Shown: one piece after another, positions 30,498 through 40,714 of the stretch | Position numbering within the stretch: position 1 is the stretch's first letter | Layout: each line of letters begins with the position of its first letter | NCBI GenBank assembly: GCA_965195345.1 | Contig: OZ239628.1 | Span: 1 to 64,000 of the forward strand | Direction: 5' to 3' | Origin: an uncultured Thiomicrospira sp. | Lineage (GTDB): Bacteria; Pseudomonadota; Gammaproteobacteria; CAKMZV01 | Length of the DNA stretch: 64,000 bases | Position numbers and translations under genes: made by a program | Notes under the pieces: model-generated | What the model was told of the DNA's origin: nothing | Databases searched by the model: none | Seen by the model: the letters and a program-made list of their open reading frames with translations, nothing else

Positions 30498-31721
30498 ATG
30501 AGCGATATGAAATCGAATAAACTAATAGCATGGATTGATAAACGCTTTCCTTTAATTGAAACTTGGGAAAATCATCTCAGCAAATACTACGCCCCAAAAA
30601 ACTTTAATTTTTGGTATTTTTTCGGATCTCTTGCCCTCCTTGTTTTGGTCATCCAAATCGTTTCTGGATTATGGCTAACAATGTATTACAAACCTGATGC
30701 AGAAAAAGCTTTCGATTCTGTTCAATACATCATGCGTGATGTTAGCTGGGGATGGTTGATCCGCTACATTCACTCAACGGGAGCGTCTGCATTTTTTCTA
30801 GTCGTCTATTTACATATGTTCAGAGGGCTTTTATACGGATCTTATAAAGGGCCTCGCGAATTAATTTGGTTAATTGGTTGTACTATTTTTTTAGTGATGA
30901 TGGCTGAAGGTTTTATGGGTTATCTATTACCATGGGGTCAGATGTCGTACTGGGGAGCACAGGTAATTATCTCTCTCTTCAGTGCTATCCCTGTAGTTGG
31001 AGAATCTTTAGCAGTCTGGATTCGAGGCGACTATGTCATTTCTGATGCAACGCTCAATCGATTTTTTGCCCTGCATGTAATTGCACTTCCTCTGGCATTG
31101 ATTATGTTAGTCTTCCTGCATTTAGTATCATTGCATAAAGTCGGTTCGAATAACCCTGACGGAATAGAAATCAAAGAAAACAAAGATGCTAATGGCATCC
31201 CAATTGACAGCATTCCTTTCCATCCATATTACACGGTTAAAGACATTGTCGGTTCTATTGTTTTTCTCATGGGATTCGTTGCCGTTGTTTTTTGGATTCC
31301 AGAAATGAATGGTTATTTTCTTGAAAAACCCAATTTTGAGCCTGCTAATCCTTTAAAAACGCCTGAACATATTGCACCAGTATGGTACTTCACTCCATAT
31401 TACGCAATGTTACGCGCTGTACCTGACAGATTCATTGGTGCGGCAATAATGTTTCTTGCCATCCTTATTTTCTTTGCACTGCCGTGGCTTGACCGAGCAA
31501 AAAACCGTTCATTGCGCTATCGTTCATGGATATCTTCTTCGATGCTCGCATTGTTCATTGTTTCTTTTATAGTTTTAGGTTGGTTAGGAACGCAACCTTC
31601 AACCCCCTTACTTACAGATATTGCACGCTTTTTCACCATCACCTATTTTTCCTATTTCATTCTGATGCCGTTCTATACTGCGCGGGAAAATATGAAATCA
31701 CTCCCAACCAACCTAACTTGA
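30498..31721 (+). CDS. petB: Cytochrome b
   Basis: YIHSTGAS, GYLLPWGQMSYWG and PVWY motifs. Confidence 0.98.
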   Translation: MSDMKSNKLIAWIDKRFPLIETWENHLSKYYAPKNFNFWYFFGSLALLVLVIQIVSGLWLTMYYKPDAEKAFDSVQYIMRDVSWGWLIRYIHSTGASAFFLVVYLHMFRGLLYGSYKGPRELIWLIGCTIFLVMMAEGFMGYLLPWGQMSYWGAQVIISLFSAIPVVGESLAVWIRGDYVISDATLNRFFALHVIALPLALIMLVFLHLVSLHKVGSNNPDGIEIKENKDANGIPIDSIPFHPYYTVKDIVGSIVFLMGFVAVVFWIPEMNGYFLEKPNFEPANPLKTPEHIAPVWYFTPYYAMLRAVPDRFIGAAIMFLAILIFFALPWLDRAKNRSLRYRSWISSSMLALFIVSFIVLGWLGTQPSTPLLTDIARFFTITYFSYFILMPFYTARENMKSLPTNLT

Positions 31722-31725
31722 GAAT

Positions 31726-32511
31726 ATGGTCATGAAAAAACTGATTTTATGTACTCTTCTAATCCTTTCGTCTTCTGTTGTTTGGTCTGCTGGTGGCAGC
31801 AACGTTCCATTAAAAGAACCCAACAATGATTTAACCGATATTTCTTCTCTACGCCGTGGAGCTGAGCTTTTTGTCAACAAATGCATTTCTTGTCACAGTG
31901 CGAAATACATTCGATACAGCGTCATAGCAGAGCACCTATTACTCTCGAAAAAAGACATGAAGATCAAGTTGAAAATGGGTGATGCCAGAATCCTTGATCA
32001 CATGGGCGGTGGTATGGCACCCAGTGTTGCTCAAGCTGCTTTCGGAGTGATTCCTCCTGACCTAACCCTATCTGCCAAAGTTCGAGGCACTGATTGGATC
32101 TACACCTATCTTCTCGCATACTATCAACGCCCTGAAGGCACGATAGATAACTATGTTTTTCCAGGTTCTGCAATGCCAAATCCTTTTGCTGGAGAACAAG
32201 GGACCTACAAAGCAATGCTTTCAGGTGACCAAACACATATTATTGGTTCAGAACCTGCTTTCCCTGCCTATGGAGGCGAAGCGAAACTGAAGCAAATTGA
32301 AAAAGAAGCAAACTTTCAAACCGCTGTACGTGATGTGACAAACTTCATGGAATTTATCAGCGAACCTAAAAAAGTGGAACGCCATAATTTAGGAAAATGG
32401 GTTATGGCCTTTTTAATCTTACTTTTAATTTCTGCCTACCTTATGAAAAAAGAATTTTGGAGAGACTTAAAAGAAAATCCTGAAAAAGACACCGAAGCAG
32501 ATATTAAATAG
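31726..32511 (+). CDS. petC: Cytochrome c1
   Basis: Signal peptide, CISCH, PPDL, AMP and a C-terminal TM; start may be 31732. Confidence 0.95.
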   Translation: MVMKKLILCTLLILSSSVVWSAGGSNVPLKEPNNDLTDISSLRRGAELFVNKCISCHSAKYIRYSVIAEHLLLSKKDMKIKLKMGDARILDHMGGGMAPSVAQAAFGVIPPDLTLSAKVRGTDWIYTYLLAYYQRPEGTIDNYVFPGSAMPNPFAGEQGTYKAMLSGDQTHIIGSEPAFPAYGGEAKLKQIEKEANFQTAVRDVTNFMEFISEPKKVERHNLGKWVMAFLILLLISAYLMKKEFWRDLKENPEKDTEADIK

Positions 32512-32518
32512 CTTCCTG

Positions 32519-32554
32519 ACTGCGGCGCGCTTTTCGGAAAGCGCCACAGTTTTT
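32519..32554 (+). terminator. Probable terminator of petABC
   Basis: Imperfect GC-rich hairpin ACTGCGGCGC...GCGCCACAGT followed by a T run. Confidence 0.6.
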
Positions 32555-32598
32555 CACAAAAATGGATAGTTCAATACGTTACGCTCTACCATTCTTTG

Positions 32599-33939
32599 TC
32601 ACGCTATTCCTTGCACTACTTCATCCATACCTACACCCCTCGATCCTTTTACTAAAATAGTTTGAGGGGTGGCATAGATATTTTTTTTGATTGCTGCGAT
32701 CAAAGCGGCTTTATTGTCAAAAAAATTCTTCTCCCCCATAAACGAATCCACCGCATGACGTGAATGCTCTCCAACCGCATAGAATAAAGATATGTTTTTC
32801 TCGCTTGCATAGGCACCTATGCCTTTATGAAGCTCTATCGATTGCTCACCCAATTCGAGCATATCCCCCATTACGACTACTGCAGGCAGTCCAAGCTTCA
32901 ATGCTTTCTCAACGAGAACATCAATAGCGGCTTTAAATGCTTCTGGGCTTGCGTTATATGTATCATCAATAATTAAACTTTCACCTTTCCAAAGCACATC
33001 TTGACGAGAACCTGGAAGAGTGAAATTTGCTAAACAACTTACACACTCTTGCAAAGTAATTCCCAAATGCAATGCAGCACCTACAGCCATCGCCGCATTA
33101 AAGGCGTTATGCTTTCCAGCCATAGGTAAACGAATAGAAATCGACTCACCTAAATGATCTAAAGTTGTTATACCATCTTCATATTGCCAAGTAACATCAG
33201 CTGAGACCTTACAGTTACTAACCGTTTGAACATGCGCACTTGTTACCTCTTTAAAATGTTGAGCCCATGCGGAGTCAGAATCAATTACTGCGCAACCATG
33301 AGTAGGCAACACTTGCAATAATTCACTCTTTGCTTGAACGGTATTTTCAATACTTCCAAATACGCCTAAATGTGCTGATTGAATATTAGTTAAAATGCCT
33401 ACTTCAGGTTTAAACAAATGCGTTAGCCATTTAATATCGCCTATTTTACGTGCACCCATTTCAAGCAAAGCACACTGCTCATTATTAAATTTTAAAAGCG
33501 TAGAAGGCAGTCCAATCTCATTATTGAAGTTTCCTTCGTTGGTAAGCACTCTTTGCGAATTTGAAAGAATAGCGTACAACATATTTTTCACAGTAGTTTT
33601 ACCACTGCTGCCAGTAACACCAATCCGCCTCCCAGAAAAATGCTTATCAAAATAAGCTGCAGCAATTAACCCAAATGCAGCCACGCTGTTTGTGACTTGC
33701 CAATAAGGTGTGAGGAGGTTGATGGTTCTTTCTCCTACTACTCCAATCGCACCTTTTGACACAGCATCCTCTATAAAGTCATGCCCATCAAAACGCGTGC
33801 CCTTTATAGCAATAAAAATATCGCCCTGTTTGACCAATCGAGCGTCATGTTGGATGTTATTTACATTTAATGAAATTGCAGAGCCAGATACTAAATGATT
33901 GCCAAGAATATTTTTCAAATAGATGCGATTTAATGTCAT
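32599..33939 (-). CDS. murF: UDP-MurNAc-tripeptide--D-Ala-D-Ala ligase
   Basis: GVTGSSGKTTVK, GNFNNEIGLP, DDTYNASP, GDMLELG and LVKGSRG motifs. Confidence 0.94.
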   Translation of the reverse strand: MTLNRIYLKNILGNHLVSGSAISLNVNNIQHDARLVKQGDIFIAIKGTRFDGHDFIEDAVSKGAIGVVGERTINLLTPYWQVTNSVAAFGLIAAAYFDKHFSGRRIGVTGSSGKTTVKNMLYAILSNSQRVLTNEGNFNNEIGLPSTLLKFNNEQCALLEMGARKIGDIKWLTHLFKPEVGILTNIQSAHLGVFGSIENTVQAKSELLQVLPTHGCAVIDSDSAWAQHFKEVTSAHVQTVSNCKVSADVTWQYEDGITTLDHLGESISIRLPMAGKHNAFNAAMAVGAALHLGITLQECVSCLANFTLPGSRQDVLWKGESLIIDDTYNASPEAFKAAIDVLVEKALKLGLPAVVVMGDMLELGEQSIELHKGIGAYASEKNISLFYAVGEHSRHAVDSFMGEKNFFDNKAALIAAIKKNIYATPQTILVKGSRGVGMDEVVQGIA

Positions 33940-34916
33940 ACAACCGTCTCAGCAAGATAGGATAAGCATTTATCTACCTCATGAGATGACCCAAGAATAA
34001 CAGGTACTCTTTGATGAATTTCTTTAGGTTGAATATCGAGGATTGAGATTTTACCATTGCTTGATTGCCCGCCTGCTTGCTCAATTAAAAAGCTCATCGG
34101 ATTCGCTTCGTACAATAATCGAAGTTTCCCTTCTTGATCAGGTTTCCTCGTATCCCAAGGATAAAGAAAGATACCACCTCGCACCAAAATTCGATGCACA
34201 TCGGCGACCATTGAAGCGACCCAGCGCATGTTATATCGTTTTGCCAGCGCTCCCTCCTCTCCTCTTAAACAATCATCAATATACGCTCGTATGCCCTTTT
34301 GCCAAAATCGGTGATTTGACATATTGATAGCAAACTCTTGTGTTGATTTTTTCGCTCTAACAGATTCATTAATTAACAAAAATTCGCCGCTGCATTGATC
34401 AAAATTATAAAAGTGTACACCCTTGCCTACACTGAGAACTAATAATACTGAAGAGCCGTACAAAACATATCCTGCAGCCACTTGCCGTCTTCCTGGTTGT
34501 AAAAAACCTGATTCTAAAGATGTGTCTTTAGTGTGAGGGAGAATGGAGAAAATGGTTCCCACTGAGATAGCTACATTGATATTTGAAGAACCATCCAATG
34601 GGTCAAAAGCAACCAAGTAACTCCCTTGTGCATCTCCCTGTGCCACCTCCTCCTCTTCTTCAGAAGCAACGCCTGCCACTTTATTACTCCCCAGCAAAGA
34701 TTGTTTTAATATCACATTTGAGATAACGTCCAATTTCTGCTGAACTTCTCCTTGCACATTTTCTTCAGAGCCCGCCTCGCCAATGACATCTGCAAGTGCC
34801 CCCTGTTTGACACGCCATGCAATATCTTTGCAAGCGCTGGTGACAACGCGAATAACTTCCACTAAGTCTTCTTGGCAATTCTGTTCTTGTAAATGGTCAA
34901 ATAAATTCAAATGCAT
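33936..34916 (-). CDS. fbp: Class 1 fructose-1,6-bisphosphatase moiety (has its own ATG at 34916)
   Basis: ENVQGEVQQKLD, ASEE, FDPLDGSSN, RWVASMVADVHR and GKLRLLYEANP motifs; 326 aa. Confidence 0.95.
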   Translation of the reverse strand: MHLNLFDHLQEQNCQEDLVEVIRVVTSACKDIAWRVKQGALADVIGEAGSEENVQGEVQQKLDVISNVILKQSLLGSNKVAGVASEEEEEVAQGDAQGSYLVAFDPLDGSSNINVAISVGTIFSILPHTKDTSLESGFLQPGRRQVAAGYVLYGSSVLLVLSVGKGVHFYNFDQCSGEFLLINESVRAKKSTQEFAINMSNHRFWQKGIRAYIDDCLRGEEGALAKRYNMRWVASMVADVHRILVRGGIFLYPWDTRKPDQEGKLRLLYEANPMSFLIEQAGGQSSNGKISILDIQPKEIHQRVPVILGSSHEVDKCLSYLAETVV

Positions 34917-36071
34917 CGGGTTTTTCTCTTTAGGTTGGTTTTCAAATGCTTTTTTTGGATTGGAGAACAACGCCCAGCTATTGTGCGGTGCTTGCTGAAT
35001 TTTAGCATACGCACGCAACTCTCGTCCAACCAGCCAATATCTCCAACCGATGAATAACGGACATTTTTCAGCGTTACGCATGAATGCCAAAAGCGTTTTA
35101 TTTCCTGCAACATCCTTTACTTGGATATTTAATTCCTGTGCATAGGGCTTAATAAATTTTTTAACTGCATTGATGGTCGCTTTCTCTCTACTTGTCATCG
35201 TATAGGGGATTACTTTCTCCAGCAACTCATCTATCCTTCCATGCTTTCCTCTAAACCAAGCTTCATAACAGGTTTTCGCATACTCAGGATGCTTTACTAA
35301 TCTAGTCAGTGTGGCGATGTCGAAATCGTTCATAGCAATATTGATTAGCATTTCATCTCTTATGAAATGCTGGCGTGCTTTATTAGACTGCTGTGCACAT
35401 TGCTCCCTCCAGATAGCAAGCTCTTGTAGAATCCTTTGATTTTTTTTCGGCACACTTTGAGCCGCTTTAAGTAGCCACCATAACGTTTTCTCTTCTCTAT
35501 TCTTTAATATTCTTTGAGCGTTAACCAAGCTTTCTTCAATCACAGCAGATTGCATTGAAGCATCCATCCTTTGAACACAAAAATCATAAAGATCTGCTAA
35601 GTTTGTAGCGTCTTTCTCAGCATAATCTAATTGCTTTTGACTTAGAGGTCGACACCGCCAATCGGTTTTTTGTTGGCTTTTATCCAATCGAATACCTAAA
35701 CAACTTTCCACAGCTTTAGAAAAACCCACTTGCAAACCAAAGCCGAGCATCGTCATAGCCACTTGCACATCAAAAACATTATTTGGTGTCGAACCTGTCC
35801 ATAGTTTCCATATTTCTAAATCCTGATCTGGAGAATAGAAAACCAATAAAGGATGTTCAGCCAATGCACGAAGGAAGTCATTGAGCGTTTTTTTATCGCA
35901 TGCTAAAACATCAATCATTTCAACAAAGTTAGGACTTGCAATTTGAATCAAACACAATTGAGGGTAGTAAGTGGTGCGCCTGTAAAATTCCATATCGATA
36001 GACACCCACTTGCATTCCATGCAAGTTTTCAACAAAGAAGGAAAGGTTGAGTCTGTTGTTATAGGTTTCAT
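33936..36071 (-). CDS. Single ORF encoding ribonuclease D fused in frame to class 1 fructose-1,6-bisphosphatase
   Basis: No stop between the domains in this sequence. Start set at MKPITT (36071). Confidence 0.7.
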   Translation of the reverse strand: MKPITTDSTFPSLLKTCMECKWVSIDMEFYRRTTYYPQLCLIQIASPNFVEMIDVLACDKKTLNDFLRALAEHPLLVFYSPDQDLEIWKLWTGSTPNNVFDVQVAMTMLGFGLQVGFSKAVESCLGIRLDKSQQKTDWRCRPLSQKQLDYAEKDATNLADLYDFCVQRMDASMQSAVIEESLVNAQRILKNREEKTLWWLLKAAQSVPKKNQRILQELAIWREQCAQQSNKARQHFIRDEMLINIAMNDFDIATLTRLVKHPEYAKTCYEAWFRGKHGRIDELLEKVIPYTMTSREKATINAVKKFIKPYAQELNIQVKDVAGNKTLLAFMRNAEKCPLFIGWRYWLVGRELRAYAKIQQAPHNSWALFSNPKKAFENQPKEKNPMHLNLFDHLQEQNCQEDLVEVIRVVTSACKDIAWRVKQGALADVIGEAGSEENVQGEVQQKLDVISNVILKQSLLGSNKVAGVASEEEEEVAQGDAQGSYLVAFDPLDGSSNINVAISVGTIFSILPHTKDTSLESGFLQPGRRQVAAGYVLYGSSVLLVLSVGKGVHFYNFDQCSGEFLLINESVRAKKSTQEFAINMSNHRFWQKGIRAYIDDCLRGEEGALAKRYNMRWVASMVADVHRILVRGGIFLYPWDTRKPDQEGKLRLLYEANPMSFLIEQAGGQSSNGKISILDIQPKEIHQRVPVILGSSHEVDKCLSYLAETVV
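34917..36071 (-). CDS. rnd: Ribonuclease D moiety
   Basis: DEDDy exonuclease motifs IDMEF, YYPQLCLIQ, QDLE, TDWRCRPL and YAEKD; HRDC-like WREQCA; C-terminal GWR. Confidence 0.9.
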
Positions 36072-36267
36072 CTGTTTATCATACCTGAAATTCCCCTGAA
36101 AGGACATTATTCAATTGCACAATACCCTTGAATCAAAAAATGACACGTGCGAATGCACGCAACTATTCCTTTTCCATTGAGAATAAATCAGAAACAGATT
36201 CCCTAGCATCAAATATCGCATATAATGCGCCATCCGCTTAATTCATAACCCCAACAAAGACGTAACA

Positions 36268-36546
36268 ATGGCAAGAGTAACAGTAGACGACTGCATGAGC
36301 AAGATTGAAAATCCTTTTGATCTAACCCTAATAACCGCTAAACGCGCTTATCAAATCGCAAGAGGAAGTCGCTGCAAGGTTTCTTTAGATCAAGATAAGC
36401 CTGTTGTTCTAGCTTTACGCGAAATTTCCGAAGGATTAAGTGATGAAGCGTCGATCCAAGAAGAAGAGCAAAGAATTCTTGAAAAACTTCGAGAAATGCC
36501 TGACTTTAGAGCCGAAAGAAACAAAGATTTTGGCACACATTCATAA
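36268..36546 (+). CDS. rpoZ: RNA polymerase omega subunit
   Basis: MARVTVDDC, AKRA and DKPVVLALREI motifs. Confidence 0.97.
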   Translation: MARVTVDDCMSKIENPFDLTLITAKRAYQIARGSRCKVSLDQDKPVVLALREISEGLSDEASIQEEEQRILEKLREMPDFRAERNKDFGTHS

Positions 36547-36739
36547 CGATTATTTTGGAACAGTTTTTTCCAATCAACAAAAAATAATCTAATATCTCCT
36601 CCTAAGTAAGAGGATTCTTTAAATATCTTCCTATTACGAAAAGAAAATAGGGTAATTTCGTTATAACTTATAAAGCTGGATTGAACCAGCATCTTTGAAA
36701 AACTTCTATATTGTCAAATCAAGGTTATAATCGTTTTCT

Positions 36740-38911
36740 ATGGCTCAATTTTTACAAAATTTAAGTCGCATACCAAAGGTATTTCAATTCAAAGATGAAG
36801 GATTAGCCCTTTTTCAGCCTCTCAAACCATACATAAACTATTTACCAAGAAGTCAACGCAAACGGATTGTACAAGCGTTTCTATTTGCAAGAGATGCCCA
36901 TCATGGACAAATTCGCATGGATGGCAGCCCATATATAACGCATCCTGTTGGAGTTACCGGTATTCTTGCCGACCTAAAACTTGATCCTGACACGCTTATC
37001 GCTGCACTATTGCATGATGTCATTGAAGATACTAATGTTAGTAAAAAAGAAATATCGACCCGTTTTGGCGAACAAGTTGGTGAATTGGTGGATGGTGTAA
37101 GTAAATTAGAGCGCATAGAAAGTCAAACCAGTTCAGAAGCTCAAAGCGCCACCTTACAGAAAATGATCCTTGCCACAGCATCCGATTTACGCATTTTATT
37201 GGTGAAGTTAGCAGATAGAACGCATAATGCTCAAAGTTTAGACGTTTTTAATCCTAAGAAACGTCAACGGATTGGTCAAGAAACACTTGAAATATATGCA
37301 CCATTGGCTGCTCGAATTGGCATAAATTCATGGAGACTTCTTCTTGAAGACTGTGGATTTAAAGCAATATATCCATGGCGCCATAAATCCATCAATAAGG
37401 CAATCAAGATTGCCAAAGGAGAGCGAAGAAAAAAGATTGACGAAGTTTCTGAATTTGTAAAGAAAAGATTAAAAGGCGTTGGTATCAATTCTGATGTTTT
37501 TGGTCGTGAAAAAAATGCATATTCAGTATTTAGAAAAATGAATGAGAAAAAACTCAAATTCGATCAAATACTTGACCTTTTTGCTTACAGAGTTATTGTG
37601 AAAACAGTTGACGATTGTTACAGGGCATTGGGAATTATTCACGGTTTGTACAATCCAGTACCCGGAAAAATAAAAGATTACATCGCATTACCAAAACCCA
37701 ATGGATATCAATCTCTACACACTATATTATTTGGTCCATCTGGTGCGCATATAGAAGTGCAGATACGTACAGAAACTATGCATAAAAACGCGGAGTATGG
37801 CATTGCTGCTCACTGGAGCTACAAGCAATCTGAAGATCAACAACCTAATATAAAAAACCAAAAGCTATCCTTTGAGTGGATTAGTAATCTAATAGAAGTT
37901 AGTAATAGTGCAGGCACATCAAGTGAATTCATTGAGGCTGTTAAAACAGACTTATTCCCCCATGAAGTCTATGTGTTTACCCCTGAGGGAAGCATACTAT
38001 CCTTACCTCGAGGAGCAACAGCCGTAGACTTTGCATACGCGATCCATACAGATGTTGGAAATGAATGTCTTGGCTGCGAAATTGATCGAGAGCGTTCCGA
38101 TATTAGTACTCCTTTACAAAATGGGCAAACTGTTTATATTATTCGATCGAAATTTGCTCGCCCTAATCCAGATTGGTTAGATTTTGTCATTACAGCCAAA
38201 GCACGTTCTCAGATACGAAATTTTCTTAAAAATCAAACCAACGAAGACACAATCCCTATCGGCAAACAACTTTTAGAACAATCCCTAGAGACTTGGAATA
38301 TTAAACTGGACGAAGTTACTCCTAATGTCCTCAACGAATTACTGGCGGATTTGAAAATTGACAGCGATATTGAACTTTACCAACAGATTGGCTTAGGAAA
38401 TCGCCCGACTCAACTGGTTGCAAAGCAGATACAAAACCTAATAGATCCAACGATAAAATCCCCTTCTTCTACGGCTGCACCTATCATAATCCAAGGAACT
38501 GAAGGTATGGCTGTTGCTTTTGGTCATTGTTGCAACCCCATTCATGGAGACCGCATTATAGGTCACTTAAGTACAGGAAAAGGTATAGTGGTGCATCGGT
38601 TAAACTGCCATAATGTTCGAAAGTTCCATAAAACTCCTGAAAAATGTGTTCCAGTTGATTGGCACGAAATTCATAATCAAGCCCTTCCCGTAAGAGTAAA
38701 CATAGAGTCTGAAAACCAAGCAGGTGTTTTAGCAAATATTACGCATATCTTAGATAAAATGAATGTTAACATTGACGAAGCGCACGTCATCAAAGGCGCT
38801 GAAGTCGCAAAAATAGAGATGCTAATACTTGTATCTGCTCGCAAAGAGCTCGCTTCCGTACTGCGTGAATTGAGGAAAATACCAACCGTCATAAAGGCAA
38901 ACAGAGCATGA
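36740..38911 (+). CDS. spoT: Bifunctional (p)ppGpp synthetase/hydrolase SpoT
   Basis: PYITHP, intact HD motif LLHDVIEDT, KLADR, NGYQSLHT; TGS and ACT domains. Confidence 0.97.
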   Translation: MAQFLQNLSRIPKVFQFKDEGLALFQPLKPYINYLPRSQRKRIVQAFLFARDAHHGQIRMDGSPYITHPVGVTGILADLKLDPDTLIAALLHDVIEDTNVSKKEISTRFGEQVGELVDGVSKLERIESQTSSEAQSATLQKMILATASDLRILLVKLADRTHNAQSLDVFNPKKRQRIGQETLEIYAPLAARIGINSWRLLLEDCGFKAIYPWRHKSINKAIKIAKGERRKKIDEVSEFVKKRLKGVGINSDVFGREKNAYSVFRKMNEKKLKFDQILDLFAYRVIVKTVDDCYRALGIIHGLYNPVPGKIKDYIALPKPNGYQSLHTILFGPSGAHIEVQIRTETMHKNAEYGIAAHWSYKQSEDQQPNIKNQKLSFEWISNLIEVSNSAGTSSEFIEAVKTDLFPHEVYVFTPEGSILSLPRGATAVDFAYAIHTDVGNECLGCEIDRERSDISTPLQNGQTVYIIRSKFARPNPDWLDFVITAKARSQIRNFLKNQTNEDTIPIGKQLLEQSLETWNIKLDEVTPNVLNELLADLKIDSDIELYQQIGLGNRPTQLVAKQIQNLIDPTIKSPSSTAAPIIIQGTEGMAVAFGHCCNPIHGDRIIGHLSTGKGIVVHRLNCHNVRKFHKTPEKCVPVDWHEIHNQALPVRVNIESENQAGVLANITHILDKMNVNIDEAHVIKGAEVAKIEMLILVSARKELASVLRELRKIPTVIKANRA

Positions 38912-39696
38912 AAGTACTGCTCTACTTACCGTTTTTTTTGCTACTGGCCTCTTGTGCTTCGTCCACTCAAAAAGGAGCAGTTGGAGTTGAACGCCAACAA
39001 CTACTCATCATGTCTTCTACCGAAGTGCACAAAAGTGCAGATACAGCCTACACCGAAATTTTGGCTGAAGCTAAGAAAAACAAAACGCTGAATACTGATA
39101 AAAAAATGCTTGAGCGTATCCAAAGTATTGCTGATCGCCTTATCCCTCAGACCGCAGTATTTCGCAAAGATGCCCCTCAATGGCACTGGATGGTAAATCT
39201 CATTAAATCTGATCAACTGAACGCGTGGTGTATGCCTGGAGGAAAAATTGCTTTCTACACAGGCATCATAGAGAAATTACAATTGACCGATGCTGAAATA
39301 GCCGCCATAATGGGTCATGAAATGGCTCATGCGTTGCGTGAGCATGGACGTGAACGAATTTCTGAGCAAATGTTAACAACATCAGGACTGAATGTATTAA
39401 GTTCTCTTTTTGGAGTCAGTGCTCCAGCTGCCAAATTAGTAACTGATGTAACCTTAACATTGCCGAACTCTCGTACTCACGAAACCGAAGCAGATCGCAT
39501 AGGCATAGAGCTCATTGCCCGAGCCAACTTTAATCCCTACGCTGCGGTTAAAGTATGGGAAAAAATGGAAAAAGTATCTTCAGGATCTCAGCCTGAAATA
39601 TTAAGCACCCACCCATCGAATAAAACTCGAATTCAAGACCTCAAAAAATATGCAAAGCTCGTTGAGCCATTATATGAAAAGAATAAATCAAATTAA
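38908..39696 (+). CDS. M48 family zinc metallopeptidase lipoprotein
   Basis: Lipobox LASC; NAWCMPGG, HEMAH, ETEAD and STHP motifs. Confidence 0.93.
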   Translation: MKVLLYLPFFLLLASCASSTQKGAVGVERQQLLIMSSTEVHKSADTAYTEILAEAKKNKTLNTDKKMLERIQSIADRLIPQTAVFRKDAPQWHWMVNLIKSDQLNAWCMPGGKIAFYTGIIEKLQLTDAEIAAIMGHEMAHALREHGRERISEQMLTTSGLNVLSSLFGVSAPAAKLVTDVTLTLPNSRTHETEADRIGIELIARANFNPYAAVKVWEKMEKVSSGSQPEILSTHPSNKTRIQDLKKYAKLVEPLYEKNKSN

Positions 39697-40711
39697 AAAA
39701 ATAGGGGTTTTCCTTTTTCTTCTTACATTATTTGGATGCTCTACTCCAAAAATTCAAACCCGTGTTGAACTTCCGGCAAAAATCCCCGAAGTTAGCAAAG
39801 TCAAGAAAATCGGCATTTATGATTTAAAAAACGATATGATTCTCATAGGTGCAAAATTAGAAGAATTATTTCGATCAGTTCAAGCAAATAATACTCCTTT
39901 TTTTGAAGTATTCAATAGAGAAGACCTCGAAAGAATTATCCAAGAACAAAACAATGCCAGTAGCATACTATTCAATGAAGCACAAGTTATTAATATTGGG
40001 AAACTTGCCAAAGTAGAGGCCATTCTTACTGGAGCAGTACAAACTGCAATACTCAAACAAACGCCCTATACTAAAACTAAGTTTCGTCTTCAATGTCTTA
40101 TATGGAAAAATCTTGCATGCCAACAATGGGTTCCAATCAGTTATCCCGTACACTGTACAAAGTCTCAAAGTAGCATTGCATTTCAAATTCGCATTAGTGA
40201 TGTTGAAAATGGACAGGCAATACTGGCAAAAACGTACACCGGTGCAAACAGTAATGACACTTGCTCAACACCTCCTTCCCTCGCTCAGATGCAACAGCAA
40301 TCCATTCGACAAGCGTTGGCAAATGTGCGCCAAGATATTGCACCGTACTACATATCTGTTACCATCGAACTCATGGAAAAAGATAATAGCAACTTATCCG
40401 ATCAAAAAGAAGCCCAAGAATACTTTGATTTGGGGCTTGAATTTATAAACGCCGACACTCCGAGCATACAGAAAGGGTGTGGTTACTTCCATCAAGCAGC
40501 AAGCCGCTACGGTGAGTCTGCTGCAATATACTACAATCTCGGAGTTTGTACAGAAATAGAAGGAGACATTAACAAAGCACAAAGTTATTATCTTCAAGCA
40601 GAACAAAAACTCAAAAAACCAAATAACCTCGTATCGAAAGCTTTACAGAATATTAAAAAAAGGAAAGCAGACGAAGCAGCCCTCGAAAAACAAAAGAGCA
40701 TTAGGGAATAA
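39674..40711 (+). CDS. CsgG/HfaB-like lipoprotein with C-terminal TPR
   Basis: Lipobox LFGC; FEVFNREDLERIIQEQ...IGKLAKVEAILTGAV; TPR AAIYYNLGVCTEIEGDINKAQSYY. Confidence 0.7.
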   Translation: MKRINQIKKIGVFLFLLTLFGCSTPKIQTRVELPAKIPEVSKVKKIGIYDLKNDMILIGAKLEELFRSVQANNTPFFEVFNREDLERIIQEQNNASSILFNEAQVINIGKLAKVEAILTGAVQTAILKQTPYTKTKFRLQCLIWKNLACQQWVPISYPVHCTKSQSSIAFQIRISDVENGQAILAKTYTGANSNDTCSTPPSLAQMQQQSIRQALANVRQDIAPYYISVTIELMEKDNSNLSDQKEAQEYFDLGLEFINADTPSIQKGCGYFHQAASRYGESAAIYYNLGVCTEIEGDINKAQSYYLQAEQKLKKPNNLVSKALQNIKKRKADEAALEKQKSIRE

Positions 40712-40714
40712 CTG

